From contig JAFGDK010000009.1 in assembly GCA_016932165.1 (NCBI GenBank), positions 5,437 to 69,436 on the forward strand: DNA of 64,000 bases, in the 5' to 3' direction. How positions within the stretch are numbered: position 1 is the first letter of the stretch; each line of letters opens with the position of its first letter. This document shows positions 62,601 to 64,000 of the stretch, piece by piece. This DNA comes from Anaerolineales bacterium (GTDB lineage Bacteria; Chloroflexota; Anaerolineae; Anaerolineales; UBA11579). The notes beneath the pieces were generated by a model, which searched no databases, had not been told where the DNA came from, and saw only the letters and a program-made list of their open reading frames with translations. The position numbers and the translations under genes were made by a program.

Positions 62601-63791
62601 ATGCGCCTAGGAAGAATCATTTTACTTATAGCTCTGATCTTGGCATTGGGGCTAGTTTTGGTATTCGTTATGACCCGCGGCAACCAAGTTGGCGGATCGG
62701 GTGTGGACATGGCGGCCACAGAACAGGCCTTGCAAACTGTCCCGGTGGTGGTGATTAAGACCGATGTCCGCCGGGGCGAGGTGATCTCGGAAGCCAAGTT
62801 GGAGATCCGCAACCTGCCAACAGAACTGGTGACGGCAGATTCCACTTTTTCCTCATTCGCCCAGGTGGTGGGAGAAACCGCCCGGATAGACCTGGCGGCT
62901 GGCACCTTCCTGAACCGCAGCATGCTTGTTGGGGGGATTGGCGGTGAGGGTGATCCGGAAGCGACATTCCAGGGGTCTGACCATGCCTGGTTAATCCAGG
63001 AGGGGATGGTGGCTTTCCCGGTGCCGATCAACCGTTTTTCATCGGTGGCGTACGGGCTTACCCGGGGGGATTATGTGGATGTGATCGTGACGATTTCTTT
63101 CGTTGACCTGGATACGCAATTCCAATCGATCACACCCAACCAGACCGCCGGGGTGCTTTCTCCTGGGGCAAATGTTGTGATTGACGGCACCACAGGCGGC
63201 ACGATCACAGCCAATGAGTTTGGTGTCAACAATACGGTGGCCCAGATTGTTTCTGGTGGATCCCTGTCTCCCCAGGGACGGGCGGAGCTGGATGCACTGT
63301 TAGACCAGCCCTTCTATTATGTTCCTTCTGAGTCACAGCGCCCAAGAGTGGTGAGTCAGCGGGTCTTCCAAAATTTGGCGGTGTTGAACGTAGGCACCTT
63401 CCCGGTTTATAATGAGATGGGGCAGGAAGTGCTGCTGGCTACCGAAACACCGGTGCCGACAGGTGAGGAAGCAGAAGCGGCCGCAGCAGCTGCACCGCAG
63501 ATGCCCACCTCTGAGCCGCCAGATATTGTTACCCTGATCATGTGGCCGCAGGATGCCGTGACCCTGAACTACCTGCTTTACACGGGGGCACAGGTGACTC
63601 TGGCCTTGCGCGGGGCTGGCTCGGTGAATGAAGCCAGCACGGCCACGGATGCGGTGACTTTGCAGTATTTGATGGATGTGTATCGCATTCCGCTGCCTGT
63701 GCGGCTGCCATACGGTACTCAGCCCAGGGTGGATGTCCTGATCCCACCAATATTGGAGAATGATCTTGTGACAGAAGAAGGCGCACAATAA
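62601..63791 (+). CDS. cpaB: Flp pilus assembly protein CpaB/RcpC-like
   Basis: N-terminal TM, a SAF-like domain (VPVVVIKTDVRRGEVISEAKL) and an RcpC-like beta domain. GGAGG upstream. Confidence 0.8.
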   Translation: MRLGRIILLIALILALGLVLVFVMTRGNQVGGSGVDMAATEQALQTVPVVVIKTDVRRGEVISEAKLEIRNLPTELVTADSTFSSFAQVVGETARIDLAAGTFLNRSMLVGGIGGEGDPEATFQGSDHAWLIQEGMVAFPVPINRFSSVAYGLTRGDYVDVIVTISFVDLDTQFQSITPNQTAGVLSPGANVVIDGTTGGTITANEFGVNNTVAQIVSGGSLSPQGRAELDALLDQPFYYVPSESQRPRVVSQRVFQNLAVLNVGTFPVYNEMGQEVLLATETPVPTGEEAEAAAAAAPQMPTSEPPDIVTLIMWPQDAVTLNYLLYTGAQVTLALRGAGSVNEASTATDAVTLQYLMDVYRIPLPVRLPYGTQPRVDVLIPPILENDLVTEEGAQ

Positions 63792-63815
63792 TACAACTGA
63801 GCCCGGAGATTTTGG

Positions 63816-64000
63816 ATGGCCGACACAGAAAAAATTACCGTTGTCATTGTTGATGATATTGCAGAAACCAGAGAAAATATTCGGAAGCTTTTACAGTTTG
63901 AACCGAATGTTGATGTAGTCGGTGTCGCCAGATCGGGGGCTGAAGCGATCAAGGTCTCTGCGGAAACCAATCCGGATGTTGTATTGATGGATATCAACAT
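63816..64000 (+). CDS. response-regulator receiver domain protein, N-terminal part (possibly CpaE/TadZ-type); 3' end outside window
   Basis: MADTEKITVVIVDDIAETRENIRKLLQFEPNVDVVGVARSGAEAIKVSAETNPDVVLMDIN... runs off the right edge. Confidence 0.7.
   Translation, partial: MADTEKITVVIVDDIAETRENIRKLLQFEPNVDVVGVARSGAEAIKVSAETNPDVVLMDIN

Overview
This 64 kb window is bacterial chromosomal DNA of moderate to high GC. Coding density is high and both strands carry genes. The gene content (corrinoid methyltransfer proteins, tungsten-type aldehyde:ferredoxin oxidoreductase, Flp/Tad pilus, GT-C glycosyltransferases, DUF4173-like membrane protein) suggests an anaerobic or facultative Chloroflexota-like organism. 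That taxonomic guess is inference only.

Main blocks, left to right:
- SorC regulator, corrinoid protein and pterin-binding methyltransferase.
- AAA ATPase and a CYP51-like P450.
- usp, radical SAM and CooC-like NTPase.
- GNAT/ADP-forming acetyl-CoA synthetase, CooT and a His-tailed mini-protein.
- Xanthine-dehydrogenase-family Mo enzyme with a BMP-type nucleoside ABC transporter.
- Pullulanase and sugar/nucleotide enzymes.
- CinA and an internally repeated membrane protein.
- PepF.
- zur-znuACB.
- Small stress-type genes.
- metG, uvrC and sigA.
- Secreted nuclease.
- An AT-rich island with two HNH nucleases.
- AOR.
- Two GT-C-like membrane proteins.
- NarL-type two-component system and the start of a Flp/Tad pilus locus.

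No rRNA, tRNA, CRISPR array, transposase or integrase was seen.

The items most worth follow-up are:
1. A peroxiredoxin-like gene whose redox Cys codon is an in-frame TGA. It is a probable selenoprotein, and the ORF track splits it.
2. A Met-codon-rich 38-codon leader ORF with competing terminator and anti-terminator hairpins upstream of metG.
3. A roughly 280 bp dispersed intergenic repeat in two copies, with a covarying hairpin and helically phased GGTTACAAAA tandem units.
4. The AT-rich four-gene island (two HNH nucleases, a DnaJ-type zinc-finger mini-protein and a membrane-anchored protein).
5. Nickel-chaperone-like genes (CooC-like, CooT, CooJ-like) with no nickel enzyme in the window.

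Several small genes missed by the 60-aa ORF cutoff are also reported, including the Flp pilin and a 49-aa tail-anchored protein. All coordinates were derived by hand from the sequence. No database search or folding program was run.
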